A stretch of 64,000 bases of DNA. Origin: Polymyxa betae A26-41. Its lineage: Eukaryota; Protista; Endomyxa: Phytomyxea. The stretch is from NCBI GenBank assembly GCA_003693705.1, contig RBZT01000125.1:124001-188000 (forward strand). The letters are read 5' to 3'. The notes under the pieces were generated by a model. It was given only the letters and a program-made list of their open reading frames with translations. It ran no database searches and had not been told where the DNA came from. Below are positions 1 through 15,823 of this stretch, in pieces (the first letter of the stretch is position 1; every line of letters begins with the position of its first letter). Made by a program: the position numbers and the translations under genes.

Positions 1-303
1 TCGCTGGAGAACACTGTCAGAGCTAGTTTTCAACCATGTAACGTTACGTAATCGGCGTTCAAGCGAAGCGGCATATTGACGATCGTAGAGAAGATAGTGC
101 GGCCCTACATCCCGATACGTATGAGAGAAGTGACTGGGGTCTGGGGGTTGCAGTCTTGTTTCCTGTTCGTGTCTTCAGATCGAATTCGCATCCGCTTTTC
201 GTTATTGTAGTCGGGTCATCCTGGGCCTATATGCCAGGACTGTCGCTCTAGTGTTGCAGTTTAAATGCAACTCGACCAGCCACAAGGGTCGAGTGAGATC
301 GGG

Positions 304-1524
304 ATGATACCGGGTTTTCGGGTAGCGGATCCTTGTGGAGCGTTCTGTGCTGTTTTAACCATTATCCTCATATTGTATGCCCAATACGTCACTGTATACT
401 TTCATATATGTGTTTGGATATGAGCTCATAGATATCTTCAGGTCTGGATTGTCATTGTCTCATCACACGGTGTGATCTCGTTTCATGCCTTTTTCTACAC
501 CATGTCTGCTATTATAAGTGAGCAGTTGCAATAAAACGTGTCTAACGGGTTAATTACTGAGACAGCACTCATTTCCCATTGTCGAGCTCAGTTCACTGAT
601 CCTGGATTCGTTCCTCGCCATTTTATACCCAAGAATATGCCTGAAGCAACAGTCTTCGAAGGGCCTAGGACATTAGGCGCCATACCTATTGCTAAGAAGG
701 TCCTGCTACTGCTTTCCTATGATTACTATCGAAAGCTGAATACATTCAGGTTCCAGCTTTAGCTGTTTGTCGTAGGTGTAAGACAGTAAAGCCCAAAGGT
801 GCTCATCATTGCAGTATCTGTGCCCGCTGTATTGCAAAAATGGATCACCATTGGTATGTTTTCGGGAACTGCTGGGTTTCAGCCATTAAATGCCTCTTAG
901 TCCATGGGTTAACAATTGTGTTGCTGCTTTTAATCAGAAATACTTTTTGCTATTTCTTGTCTGGACTGCAATTCTTTGCTTCTACTCGGCTGCCATCATC
1001 TGCTTTGGAATCTATTCATGTGCTCAAGATTCGTTGCAGGTGCACTACTTTGTTTGATCAAACGTTTATTTCATCGTTTATTAAAGTGTGCTGATATCGA
1101 CCCTGGCAACATTATCTTGATCATGTTGAACCTTTTTGAAGCCATCCTGTTCGGATGCTTCGTGGCTATTATGCTTTGGGACCAAGTTTCTGCGATTCTT
1201 GAGAACACCCCATATATCGATAAGCTCCAGGTCTAGCTTTCGCCTTACCGGACCCGCTCCGTCGCTGATTTGTCTTTCAGGGTGTGAAGAATGTCACAAG
1301 CCTTGGCCGTATGGCGCTTCTGACTGAAGTATTTGGGGAACGGTTTAGCTGGAGGTGGTTCTTTCCAGTAACAATCCCAAGAAAAGGTGACTGAACAATC
1401 GGGCAACGTGTCTGTCGCTGAAAACAGTGTTTCAGTGAAAGACGATTTCTATCGTGAATGTGAATCGTATTGCCGTGGCGAGATCGACTATACTGATCAT
1501 GATCTAAGCGACGATGATCTTTGA
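304..1524 (+). CDS. DHHC palmitoyltransferase (ZDHHC3/7-like), 8 exons
   Basis: Spliced reading: [19 protein letters not shown]...FTDPG...[29 protein letters not shown]|[19 protein letters not shown]; GT-AG introns keep frame to TGA at 1522-1524. Confidence 0.92.
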
Positions 1525-1647
1525 TGTTATAAATTCTGCATCGCCTTGTATAATATTTTTATAAATATTCCGAGTAAATACACGGTCATTGTTCTATAAG
1601 GTTGGGATAACTTCTTCATATTGTTATGACGCAATATTGTCATCATT

Positions 1648-2785
1648 ATGATCAGCAGAATCGTATTAAGGTCTGGTCGTAATCCTTGTCGATTGATGTC
1701 GTCATCTGCCACTCTGTTGGCCAATCATCTGGTGCCAAACAATGACATATCGTCGCCTCTAGACGATGGTCTCACCTACGTTGATGCTTCCTGGCACATG
1801 CCCAACTCTGGACGGAACGCTCGTTCTGAATACCAAACTCATCGTCTGCCAGGGTTCATGCAGCATCATCTCTGCAATTATCATCTGAAAGTCGCTGTAG
1901 CGCCCATTTCTTCGACATCGATGAGGTCAAAGACACGAACAATCCATTGCCTCACATGCTGCCATCATTATCTCAATTTCAAGCTACTTTGCAGAAATGG
2001 GATATCAAACCCAATCAACCCATCATATTCTACGACAATGCTGATATGATATCCAGCTCCAGAGCCTGGTATACATTCGCTGTATTTAACATTCCTAACA
2101 TTTATATCCTTAATGGTGGTCTACCTCTATGGATCTCAAAAGGTTTGCTTTTCACGATCGATTAAGCGTTGCTTAATCGATGATTAGATCTACCGATAGA
2201 GGCAGCAGAAACATTCTCTGACAAACCCAATATTCAGCCAATGCCCTGCTCGTTTCGTGGCGATCTCGTTCGAACTCTGGACTGTATGAAACGGAACCTG
2301 GAAACTCGCGAAGCTCAGGTCGTGGACGCACGCCCAGCTCCCAGATTCTCAGGTTCGCAGAATGAGCCAAGACCTGGCCTATGTTGTGGCCATATACCTG
2401 GATCCATTAACGTGCCATGGACATCAATTCTATCACGATCGACCGGGTTTGCTATGTTCGAACCCAAACACGTCATCTACCGCAGGCATGGAGATCGTCC
2501 ATGATCGGAAGATCTGCTGATTATGACAACAGATTCCGGGACGCCGGTGTTGAGGTCGACGGTGACAGAAAGATCATCTTATCTTGTGGGAGTGGCGTCA
2601 CGGCTGCTGTCCTGCTGGTCGGTCTGCAGATCTGTGGCGTTCCGTTGTCGCTTTTGTCGCTTTTCGATGGGTCCTGGGCCGAATGGGTACGTTTGGGTTA
2701 TGGCGTCATGCATGATAGCAATGATCTGATCGATGTTCAGGGCAATCCTGAGTTAGGTCTACCTATTGAGAAATCTGCAATCTGA
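1648..2785 (+). CDS. MPST: 3-mercaptopyruvate sulfurtransferase (two-domain rhodanese), likely mitochondrial
   Basis: VDASWHMP, HMLPS, VVDARPAPRF, GHIPGSINVP and the active-site loop SCGSGVTA, then LFDGSWAEW; Arg/Ser-rich N-terminus. Confidence 0.92.
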
Positions 2786-2809
2786 TCAATCATTTATACA
2801 AAGATAGTT

Positions 2810-3397
2810 TTAGTTTATGACAGTTAGCAGACTTCCCTCAGCTTTTTGACGAATGAAATCCGACAACAGATCACGGTTAATCAGTTTCTGCTGCTCAGGG
2901 GACAGATTCTTGAAGCCAGCGATGCGTTTCTTGCAGTTCTCGCTACCGCAGATGCAATCGAACGGTTCGGCCATATCGTACTCGGTCGTGTTGTAGTCGA
3001 ACGTGATGGGCTCGCCCTCAGCGATCTGGCGGACAGCCACGAACGACACGGAGCCGTACTCGACCCGGGCAACGCAGTTGGGATCACAGGAATGATTGCA
3101 GTAGATGAGCGGACCCGAGCACAGAATGTGATTGTCACCATCCAGTTGGACCGTGTACTTATCAGGTTTCATTTTACAGACACCGGTCTCCTCAAAGACG
3201 ATCGTGCCCGCCTTCAGAGATCCTGTATCAGGACGACGTCAGGCGGCAGCAACAGCGGGCTCCAGTTACGAACCTTGCGCGACTACGAATTTGCCCGACT
3301 GGTTGTAGCTGAACTCGTACAAGGTCGGCTGTGCCAGTTTACCCTCGACGACATCGATCTTGTCGCTACCGGTTAAAGTCGTGCTGCTCTGCGTCAT
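2810..3397 (-). CDS. Small SET + post-SET domain protein (putative lysine methyltransferase), 2 exons
   Basis: NHSCDPNC, EPITFDY and post-SET CICGSENC; a GT-AG intron at 3273-3223 joins ORFs 3266..3469 and 2810..3172. Confidence 0.88.
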
Positions 3398-4142
3398 AAT
3401 TGGCTGTCGATACGATCTGAGGGCGAAACGGGACAGATGCGCAAAAGAAGACCAAAAGACAAACGTCACAATACGTAGTGAGGTCCCGCCTTGAAGTGCC
3501 TGGCCTTGCGGCTGCGGCTAGTACGGCGGAGGGGGGGGTTGTACAGTACGACCTCCGGAGAGGGGGATGCAGGTAGCCTGGCCGGGCGACTCACCACCCG
3601 CTCACGCAGTTGCCACTTCCTGCGGGTGTCCCGCCTCATCTTAAGTCTGTTACACGTGATCTGCCTCAGGCGTCATCACGGGCCAGTACGACCCCGATAA
3701 CGCCGCCAGTGAACCAGCCCCAACAGGCGAACACGGGCCCCGATTCTGGTGAACCAGTGAAGGGATTGTTAAGACGGTTGTAGGACCCGATTTGGATTAT
3801 GGTGATCGGAAGATCTCCATCATCGGTATATCGATCGCGACATCAAATCTGACTACTGCATCAACAACCTATGGATCGCATCCGGCAGAACCCATTACTT
3901 TGTATGGGATCTCGTCAGCAATAAACTGCTATTCACATTGTACCTACCGTCAAGAGCTACACCAAAGTTAGAATGCACAGTAACTACTTTACCAGCATCT
4001 GACCTCATAGTTAATCAGCCTACAATGCAGTGAGTGCCTGACTTTATTCCCAGACTAAACAAAGTGCTGTCGTCACTTAACATATCAGATGGCATTTAAA
4101 GAATCGAGTTTTAACAGTATATTAGACATTGATGATTGACTG

Positions 4143-7911
<3,769 letters not shown>

Positions 7912-8405
7912 TGTAGAGGGATGATGATGAAGTGATCCTCTTCAATCTACTGAAAATGTCCGCTGCATTTCGGGCATTTTCTGGGGGACTTTTTTTGGTG
8001 CGAGCTCGCGCACTTTCTTGCGGCGACTTACGCAACTTTGATCAAAGCAGCCCACCTGCTAGCAGTTCTATGTGAACTCCGACGATTATCGAAAAAAAAC
8101 CTTTTCACCTTGACTGAGTCCTGAAACCAACTGGCGACCCATGGTGTGTTATTTGCCATTACTCTGCATTTGATCCTCAGATAGCAAACGGACCCATACT
8201 GTTCGAGTGTTTTTATCTGCTTAAATACTAACGAAATTAATGTCCAGCTTGCTGAGGCCACGCCGATAGTCATTCATTACAGATCATCGACTAGAATTGT
8301 TGAAGGAGTCTGATGGCGTGATCCCATACAAGCTGAGTATAGAATGCGCGCAACCTGTCTATTTACGCATCTGGTGGCTGCTGCTGCTGGTTTTCCAGCA
8401 AAGTC

Positions 8406-9795
8406 ATGTTGGGGTTCCGTCATGTCCTGTTAGGTCGGGTCGTCGGTCTACGATCTGCTACCAATGTCGCTCTACAATCACCTATCACCACGTCCTTAAC
8501 GTTCGATGCCACCGACCCGCGTATATCCCGTATGAGATTCGCTGCCCGTTATCGGATATTGGATCTGATCTGCCCTTCATATAGCTGATCGACAACGTAT
8601 GTTGTCTGAATTCTGGAATCTACGTCGATATGCATTAGATCCAGATCTAGCACGTAATCCAACACGTGTTCTAGCTGAATTCAATTCATTACGGAATCAA
8701 TATGGACCTAATCCTGTCGATTTACATCTCAAATTACAATATTTCTGTCGATCTGATAGACAACAACATGTACTTGATTGCCTACGTGAAGCCAGGTAAA
8801 CCGTCGGTCGTGCTGGTCCCACCGATCAATTGGCCAGTTCTAAATGGGCGTTGTATAACAGAAAGTCGGGTATCGTATGCGACCTATCAACATACAATAT
8901 GGTGTTAGAGACTCTATCTAAAGATCCAACCCGATCTCGTATATGTAGCTCAATACTATCGCAGATGCTGTCCAATGGTATCACGTCAAAACCCTAAACC
9001 CCAGTCGAAACCCTAAAACCCCTGGCCCGCAGGTCCCGGCCCCGATTCCGATTCCTATTCCCATGTCCTAGAAGCGCTTATCGGAGGGCGCGATACGTCC
9101 GGCGCCCTGGTCGTACTGGACCAGATGTTCCGGCGGAAGGCGTTCCCCACGTCGGCACTGTTCGACGCCGTCATGGGCCAGGTCTGCGACCGGAATCTGT
9201 CCGAGGAGGTAGGGATAGAGGACCCCCCTCCCTGTATCATGATATGGGGCGTACTGACCCCCATTCCCTGTATGTTGATAGGCTATATGGCTATTAGAAT
9301 GTTGTATATATAGTCCATATGCAATGTTATCTACCACTGCTACGAGTATTCTATCTGCATTCAAGAACAAAGAACCCACTGAATTCATGGTCCGGCACCT
9401 GTCACAGTTATTAAGGTACGATTCAGCTAGGTGGTGCTGCCCCCCTAGCCTCAGGGTCCAGCTCCATTATTGACACTTGATGTGACAGAATTCAACCCGA
9501 CCCAGAATTAATGGATCTGTTAATGAGTACATTTGATACAAATGTGGAACTATCTCAGGTTCATGATGAGCTTTTGCACTATATTCACCTATATAGTACT
9601 GATTATGATTATTAGGTGTTATCTGATATCAAGGAAGGTCAGCACAAGTCCGAGGAGACGACGTCGGGACGTACTCCCCCCATACCTCAACATCTTCAAC
9701 AGAAACATAGCCGTCCAGCTAATACGTACCGGTCACCGCCCAGCAGCACACGTCGAGGACCGCCGCGACCGCAGCGGCAGTCGTCCTGGCATTAG
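8406..9795 (+). CDS. Pentatricopeptide-repeat (PPR)-like protein, probably mitochondrial, ~7 exons
   Basis: Manual splicing gives KSGIVCDLSTYNMVLETLSK...MLSNGPGPDSDSYSHVLEALIGGRDTSGALVVLDQMFRRKAFPTSALFDAVM (about 35-aa periodicity); Arg/Leu-rich presequence; AATAAA directly after the stop. Confidence 0.72.
8988..9022 (+). repeat. Two telomere-like AAACCCTAAA units inside an intron
   Basis: AAAACCCTAAACCCC...AAACCCTAAAACCCC in intron 3 of the PPR-like gene. Confidence 0.65.
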
Positions 9796-9807
9796 AATAA
9801 ACCGCCC

Positions 9808-9823
9808 TAGGGTTTTAGGGTTT
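9808..9823. promoter_or_regulatory. Tandem telo-box-like motif upstream of WDR83
   Basis: TAGGGTTTTAGGGTTT about 60 bp before the ATG at 9881; regulatory role inferred. Confidence 0.45.
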
Positions 9824-9880
9824 GATTTCGGACCCGAGGACGGAGTTACTGTTAGTTAGTTGGATCCTCCTGGTCCCATC

Positions 9881-10909
9881 ATGTTGCCGAAATCCGAGAT
9901 CAGGAGGATCGCAGCGCATCAGGGCGCCGTCCTCGCTCTCACATACAACTCCGATGGACAGTACGTCCTCAGTGCCGGGCACGATAAGACCATTCGGCTG
10001 TGGAATGCCACGTCGGGCGTACTGGTCCACGAGTACAGCGGCGCGCATGGCTATGAGATCGCTGATGTCGCCTGTTCCCCTGATAATACCCGTGCATTAT
10101 CAGGAGGGCGTGATCGTGCTGTATTCCTGCATGATATCGCATCGGGACGGGTATTGCGGCGTCTAACACGACACGATCAACGGGTCAATTGTGTGGCTTT
10201 TGGACCCGAACCAACGGTGGCGTTATCGGGGTCGTACGACCGAACTCTCTGTGCATGGGATCTTCGGGCGCAAAACAAAGATCCAATATTCGTATTCGAA
10301 GATGCCAACGATAGGTGAACGTTTATTTCGGGGTTTTCAAATTCAGATTTTTGGCACCTCTGAAAAGTTTTCATTCAACACATGTTTGAATTTTCAGGTT
10401 CTCCTTATCTACTTGACTGTTTGTAAGCGTACATTGACAATGGGTGCAGTATTACCCGGGTCGCAGTAACCCCATCAGAGATCATCACAGCTAGTGTTGA
10501 TGGATGTGCTCGAACTTATGATATTCGTGCTGGTCGTTTAACTATTGATCATCAAGGAGATCCCATCACATCATTGATTATTAGTGCTGATAACAACTGT
10601 CTATTGGTTTCAGTTCTTACAAGCACAATCCGTCTGTTAGATCGATCCAATGGAGAGATGCTCAACGAATACATCGCTGATGGATATCGCAATGTCGAAT
10701 TCCAGCTGGATTCGCGTCTGACCCGCGATGATGGCGCCGTCGTGGCTGGCTCCGAAGACGGCGTCATCCGATTCTGGGACCTGGTCTCTGGTGATCTACT
10801 ACGAAAGCTGCCCGGGCATGTCGGTCCAGTAACTAGGCTGGCCGTCCATCCTGGCAAAGACGAGCTGATCTCGGCTGGCATTGACGGCTCGCTTCGCGTC
10901 TGGTCGTAA
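9881..10909 (+). CDS. WDR83: WD repeat protein 83 (MORG1), 2 exons
   Basis: HQGAVLALTYNSDGQYVLSAGHDKTIRLWN, HGYEIADV, SGSYDRTLCAWD, AGSEDGVIRFWDLV; one ~135-nt intron. Confidence 0.9.
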
Positions 10910-11088
10910 AAAAACATCCAAAAGTTGTCAAGTTTGCAATAGACAAATGAAAATGCGCCAAAAAAATATTTTTATTTAAAAAAAATAAATAATTTTAATT
11001 TGAACTTGGTCGACTGCTCACAGTCGAATATTATTTCGCATTTGGATGACAGCTGGGTCTCGGGTAGTGGCGTTGGCGACCAGCGACG

Positions 11089-11675
11089 ATGTCGGTGACT
11101 GTTGCTGGGCGGCCATGTTCGCCCAATGCTCATGAACCTGTGTAGGATTACGAGGAGGACTATCTCGAAAGGAAGTTTGTCAAGATCCCCGACCATATGA
11201 TGCCCAAGATGAACATGCTCTCTCGTGATCTCCAGCTACTTCTGTCTCAAGAACCATCAAAATCGCTGAACTTGTCTGTCCTTGGTGAAACGTACGAATC
11301 GTATTTCAATCGGCCATTCGGTAGGAAATTTGTCTCGATCATTGAAATATTTTGTTAAATTTTCGCTCTAGACAAGCTCGGTTATGGTAAGCTGGTCGAT
11401 TGTATCGAGGCTGTCCCAGGTCCCATCACTCTCGATAAATTGGGCTTGCACGGCGCCTGTGTTCGTCTGACCGGACCGCCCATTGAGCTCTGTAAATTCT
11501 GGCAGAAATCCAAATCCTGTATGTGTTTTGCCAGGAGGCAGTATTCCCCATGACCAGGTTGTGCTCAATGATGTCTACAGGTTTCTATGGTGAATCATGC
11601 AGGAGTGCTGCTGGTCATCAATGTGCTAAATGTGGATCCCCTAAACATGGTCTTGTTAATTGTGATGTTGCTTGA
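11089..11675 (+). CDS. 140-aa LOTUS/OST-HTH + CCCH-like/CCHC zinc-finger protein (absent from ORF track)
   Basis: Exons 11089-11094, 11146-11320, 11372-11518, 11581-11675, all GT-AG and in frame: ...LNLSVLGETYESYFNRPFDKLGYGKLVDCIEAVP...CKFWQKSKSCFYGESCRSAAGHQCAKCGSPKHGLVNC. The first exon is uncertain (alternative ATG at 11046). Confidence 0.8.
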
Positions 11676-11765
11676 TGATCTCCGTGAATAAACTGTCATT
11701 GCCGTCTATTTACATGACCTGAATTCTGCAGCGATAGAGATTCGCGGGAACTGGATTCTTGAGAA

Positions 11766-12213
11766 CTATTCGATTCGTATTTGGTCTTGTCTTCCGATCC
11801 TGTCTGATGATGGAACTTCGACAATGTGAAACATTTTATTGAGTTCGGATTCAAGCTTAAGATTCTGATGACGTTGAAGAGCGCATAAACGGTCAAGTCG
11901 TCGGCACCTTCCTTGTGAAATGTCTTGCCAGTTCCTCGATTGCCGGCGAATATGATGCCAATACAAACATCCAGCATCATTACACTTGCAAATTCGATGC
12001 TGGAAATATTAAGCTGGCATTAAGTCGGCAATATGCTTATATGGCTGGTAGGAGCGCTTGCAGACATCCTGATCACAATCACGTCCATCAAATTCTGACA
12101 GCCCGTCTCTATCATGGCGGCTGTATCTGCAATCGAAGCGGAATAGCGCCATGTCTATCGCATATCCAAAGCGTGTTTCACACAAATGGTGACAAGGGTG
12201 ATCTGGGAGTCAT
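11766..12213 (-). CDS. Hypothetical protein, ~3 exons
   Basis: A consistent GT-AG path exists (MTPRSPLSPFVYSRHDRDG...QD|HRICKCNDAGCLYWHHIRR...IRIE*), but I recognise no domain. Confidence 0.35.
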
Positions 12214-12569
12214 TTCACATGTTTGATTCCCTCGACATAGCTGATTGCAGAATGACATCATTAAGCTTTCAATTAGCCAAGCAGGTTAACATACGGGCAG
12301 AGTAACCCACGAGGTTTAGCCATCATGTACCATAACTCAAATGCCAACCTTTCAAGACTTGTACTTCCTGCACCATATACAGCGAAATAACGAAACGAAA
12401 CCCAGCAATGTGATACCTTCCTGATCATCAGATGGAGATAAAGTTGCAGTCAGATGATAGCCTATGAAGCATACTGCTCGATGCTTGTTTGATCTCATTC
12501 GTTATATTTATTATAAACAGGTAATGGAATGTTAAATAGTATGGAGAGAGCAATGATCAGGTATACGAC

Positions 12570-15429
12570 CTATTTGCCTGAAAACAAACATGAATATAGC
12601 AGTCCAAATGTGCATTGAGCAGTACAATTTTTTCACCTGATTTGCCAGATTTAGATTTCTGTTTGCTGCTGGAGCCTGTCAAAATGCTCCAGAAGGGTTT
12701 CTTTGATTTCTGGGTACCGCCACTCTCAGTTTTGACACGAACAGAATTCACCAGCCGATTCAATGGTACCTTGTCCTTGCCCTTTACAATAGCTTGGGAA
12801 AGCCAGTCTGTTGGTTCCGCTGGACGTGATGTGCCTTCCCTGAAGCGCTCTCCCGTTTGTGACAACGGTCCACTTTGTGAATATGTATTGGTGGGTTCAT
12901 ACGTGCGTTCATATCTGACCGATCCATAGTTGGGAGCTCGTGATGCATGCTCTGAGATGGGGTCACGTGTAGTTTCGTATCGAGCAGATCCGAATGTCAC
13001 TCTCTGCTCAGTCGCTGGAATGACGGAAACACGCCGATACCTCGCATCAGACGATTGAGGAGCCTGTTTGTTGTTTACGAAGCCGTCCGATCGGATGGCC
13101 GATTGTGGTTCATGATGGCGGGATCCATATGGTGGATGCTGATCGAGCAAGATTTCACCGCTGGGTCGCGACGTATAGCCCAGCTGCTGATCGACGACCA
13201 CATCGCCGAATCTAGCCGACGAAACTAGCCTAGGGACAGGATCATGCACCACCTGACGATATCGGGACGAATAGCTTTTAGGATTTGTTGTAAAGTCGCC
13301 CAGTTGAGCAGATGAATACGCCATCGAACTGCCAGCTGAATAGCCCGTTCCAGTCCGGTACAACGGTGCCTCGGTAGGAATGTAGACCACGCTTGGCTGA
13401 TAATGAGTCGATTGCTGCCCATTTGTATAGTCCAAGTTGGGTTGCTGCATTGTCACTGATGATCCAACACCTGCGGCATATTCCTGGACAGGTTGGATCG
13501 TCGTCACAACCGGGTTAATGTGGACTGTCCTTGATGGACCTACACCTGATCGATAATCCGGGTCGGGATAATATGTCACCGATGGCCCTAAGGTTGATGA
13601 ATAGTCCTGGTTTTGATGGACTACTATGGAAGGCCGGTTGATGACAAATGCAGCTGAAGGCGGGTTAGGTTGGAATGTTACCGAAGGCGGGTTGTGTCGG
13701 GATACCCTGGAAGGCACAGGACCTGCTTGATAATCCTGATTGGTCTGATAATGTCTGACAGGCTGGTTATTGGCTATATACTCAGGTTCGTACTGATTGC
13801 GAGGAACGTCGCTGCCAGGATAACCCGCATTAGGCTGGTGCTGAATCGGAGATGTATCGCCTGAGGCATAACTGGAATCGGATCGATACTCGTTGGGAGC
13901 CCCGTTCGGCGAGGGGATCGGCGTAGACTGATAGATATTCGCAGGCGGCTGATGTGTTATGTAAACAGGAGCGGGTCGAAATAGTTGTGACGATTCTGAG
14001 GGTGCATTTCTGGCGACTTGATCATAGCCAGATGTGTCTGGTACTGCTGTCGGACTCGATGTAGTCCCGAACGTAGAACTACCGACGGGCCGCTGTGCTG
14101 CTGGCGGATCATTCAGCGAATGCCCTTTCAATGATGGCTCGGTGCTGAAAGAACCAAACCCATCCTGGCTGTCCGAATCCGCAAAATAACCACCTGAAGC
14201 TCCAGCGGGATTATCATCATGTTCGACAACGCTGTCATAATCGGGTTCTGAAGATACTAGTAAGGCCTTGCCTTTGTCCTGAAAGGTAATCAGATACCTC
14301 TTATCGCACGATTCCATCCATTTCGAGAGGGATACCTTAAGGATTTTGTAATCATCGCCATTAGGCGCCGGTTGAGATGGTTGCGGATCGGCGCCTGAAG
14401 GGGTCTCTTTTGGGTTATAGCTCGGGGTCGGTGCACGATCCTTTAACGAATCTGAGGTCGATTTTGCGTCGTTTTTGTCAACTGTCTGAGCTTTTTCCGG
14501 CACCGGGACGTATTGTATCGGATCGACATCCAGGTTGTTCCTTGTCGGGTCGTCATTGGGTACGGCGCGACTCTCTAGAGGATTAGATTCTGGAAGAGTT
14601 TCGTTTGAGCATATCGCTCGGTTTTGATGCTCGAGGCATGCTGCACAGCTACAATTCATGTTAGAATCAGACGAGTGACACAATCCAATAAATACATTTG
14701 ATTCTCCTGGCAAGCCTCGGGAGGCGGTTTGCTTGAGGGCGGCCACGATGCAACTGATTCCCTGAGTGAATGAATGTCCTGCGAATCGTGCACAAGTGGG
14801 AGCTGCTCGAAGGAAGGTGAGTGTGACTGGACTTGTGGCGTTGGCATAACAGAGTCAAGATTTTGATAACCGACCCCTGGTTTGTATGCAGCTGCGGGCA
14901 AAGGAACTGGATCCGGATTGGTGGATTTAGGGGCCTGGGTCGTATACATATAGTCAATCTGAGTAGATGGATTTGGAGATGATGAAGTCGGCGGGTTCGT
15001 CTTGGGCGCCTTCGGGCCATTCTGCACTGGAATCTGCTCTGGCACAGATGGAGTTTCCTGATATTCTGTCTGTTTTATGATCGGGGATTGCGTTGGTTCC
15101 GATGTAAATCCATAGTCGTGAAGTCGGTCTTCTGGTACAGCGAATAGATTCGATATAGCTCTTGGTTCTTCTTTTCTTGACAATGAAAGCATCTCCTCGA
15201 GAAAGTCATAATTGATGTCGGATGGTTCCGAATATTTGTACCCGGGATATACAGTGCAAGGTTGCTTGATGATAGGAGCGTCGCCATCAAGCTCAGGGTG
15301 AGGAGGGAGACGAATCGGAGACTGCAGGTCGCCAATCACCCATATCGGACCGCTGGCGGCATTGCAGTTGGCACACCTGATCGAACCTGAGGGTGCCAGC
15401 GACATCAGCAATGCGATCATGGTCAACAT
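12570..15429 (-). CDS. Large (~950 aa) putatively secreted Pro/Ser/Tyr-rich low-complexity protein
   Basis: Hydrophobic N-terminus MLTMIALLMSLAPSGS; an intron near 14695-14650 joins the 257-aa and 729-aa ORFs (EACQENQI|CAACLEH); a last intron gives ...KSGKSGK*. Confidence 0.75.
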
Positions 15430-15775
15430 TGTGTACAGCTAGGCAGTATGAAAGCGATCCTGCCTACTGCTACTGGACCTAGAGACAGATTGACTGGAAT
15501 CCAGCAGCGACCAGATCATGCATCGAACAAGTCCAGGATTTTTTTTAGTCGAGTTGAGGCAACACTGTAGGGGAGCCTCTCTGGATCTGCTGGGGGGTTG
15601 GGGGGCACCCCTTAGCACAGTCAGAATAGCTCTTGAGGCACCTAGTCATTTATGTCCTATACGCATCTTTTCGCGCCCAGCGCCCGCACGCAACGTAATT
15701 CTCACTGGGACGATATCTGAACTGATCATACTCAGCAACGTCCGATTGAACCAGACGTGGCGGGCGACGTAATCG

Positions 15776-15823
15776 CAACATATCGGTACAAGCCTAAAAC
15801 AACATATCGGTTGAAGCCTAAAT
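15776..15823. repeat. 24-bp imperfect direct repeat, two copies
   Basis: CAACATATCGGTACAAGCCTAAAA followed by CAACATATCGGTTGAAGCCTAAAT. Confidence 0.75.

Noticed and set aside
2846-3376. 176-aa plus-strand ORF (and similar ones at 29805..30344, 27443..27904, 40962..41426, 49373..49822)
   Set aside because: These are antisense shadows of well-supported genes on the other strand.
8988-9823. Oppositely oriented telomere-like tracts as ends of a mobile element or a chromosome fusion
   Set aside because: There are only two units each, the DNA between them is ordinary exons, and no transposase or target-site duplication is visible.
10315-10449. Unusually long WDR83 intron as a snoRNA host or cassette exon
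   Set aside because: There are no clear C/D or H/ACA boxes, and a cassette exon would leave a 27-nt intron.
10955-10962. E2F-like site GCGCCAAA upstream of the LOTUS gene
   Set aside because: It is a single 8-mer within chance expectation, and I saw no canonical copy upstream of MCM2.
14656-14746. Apparent frameshift or overlap between the 257-aa and 729-aa ORFs
   Set aside because: A short GT-AG intron explains it; no programmed frameshift or pseudogene is needed.
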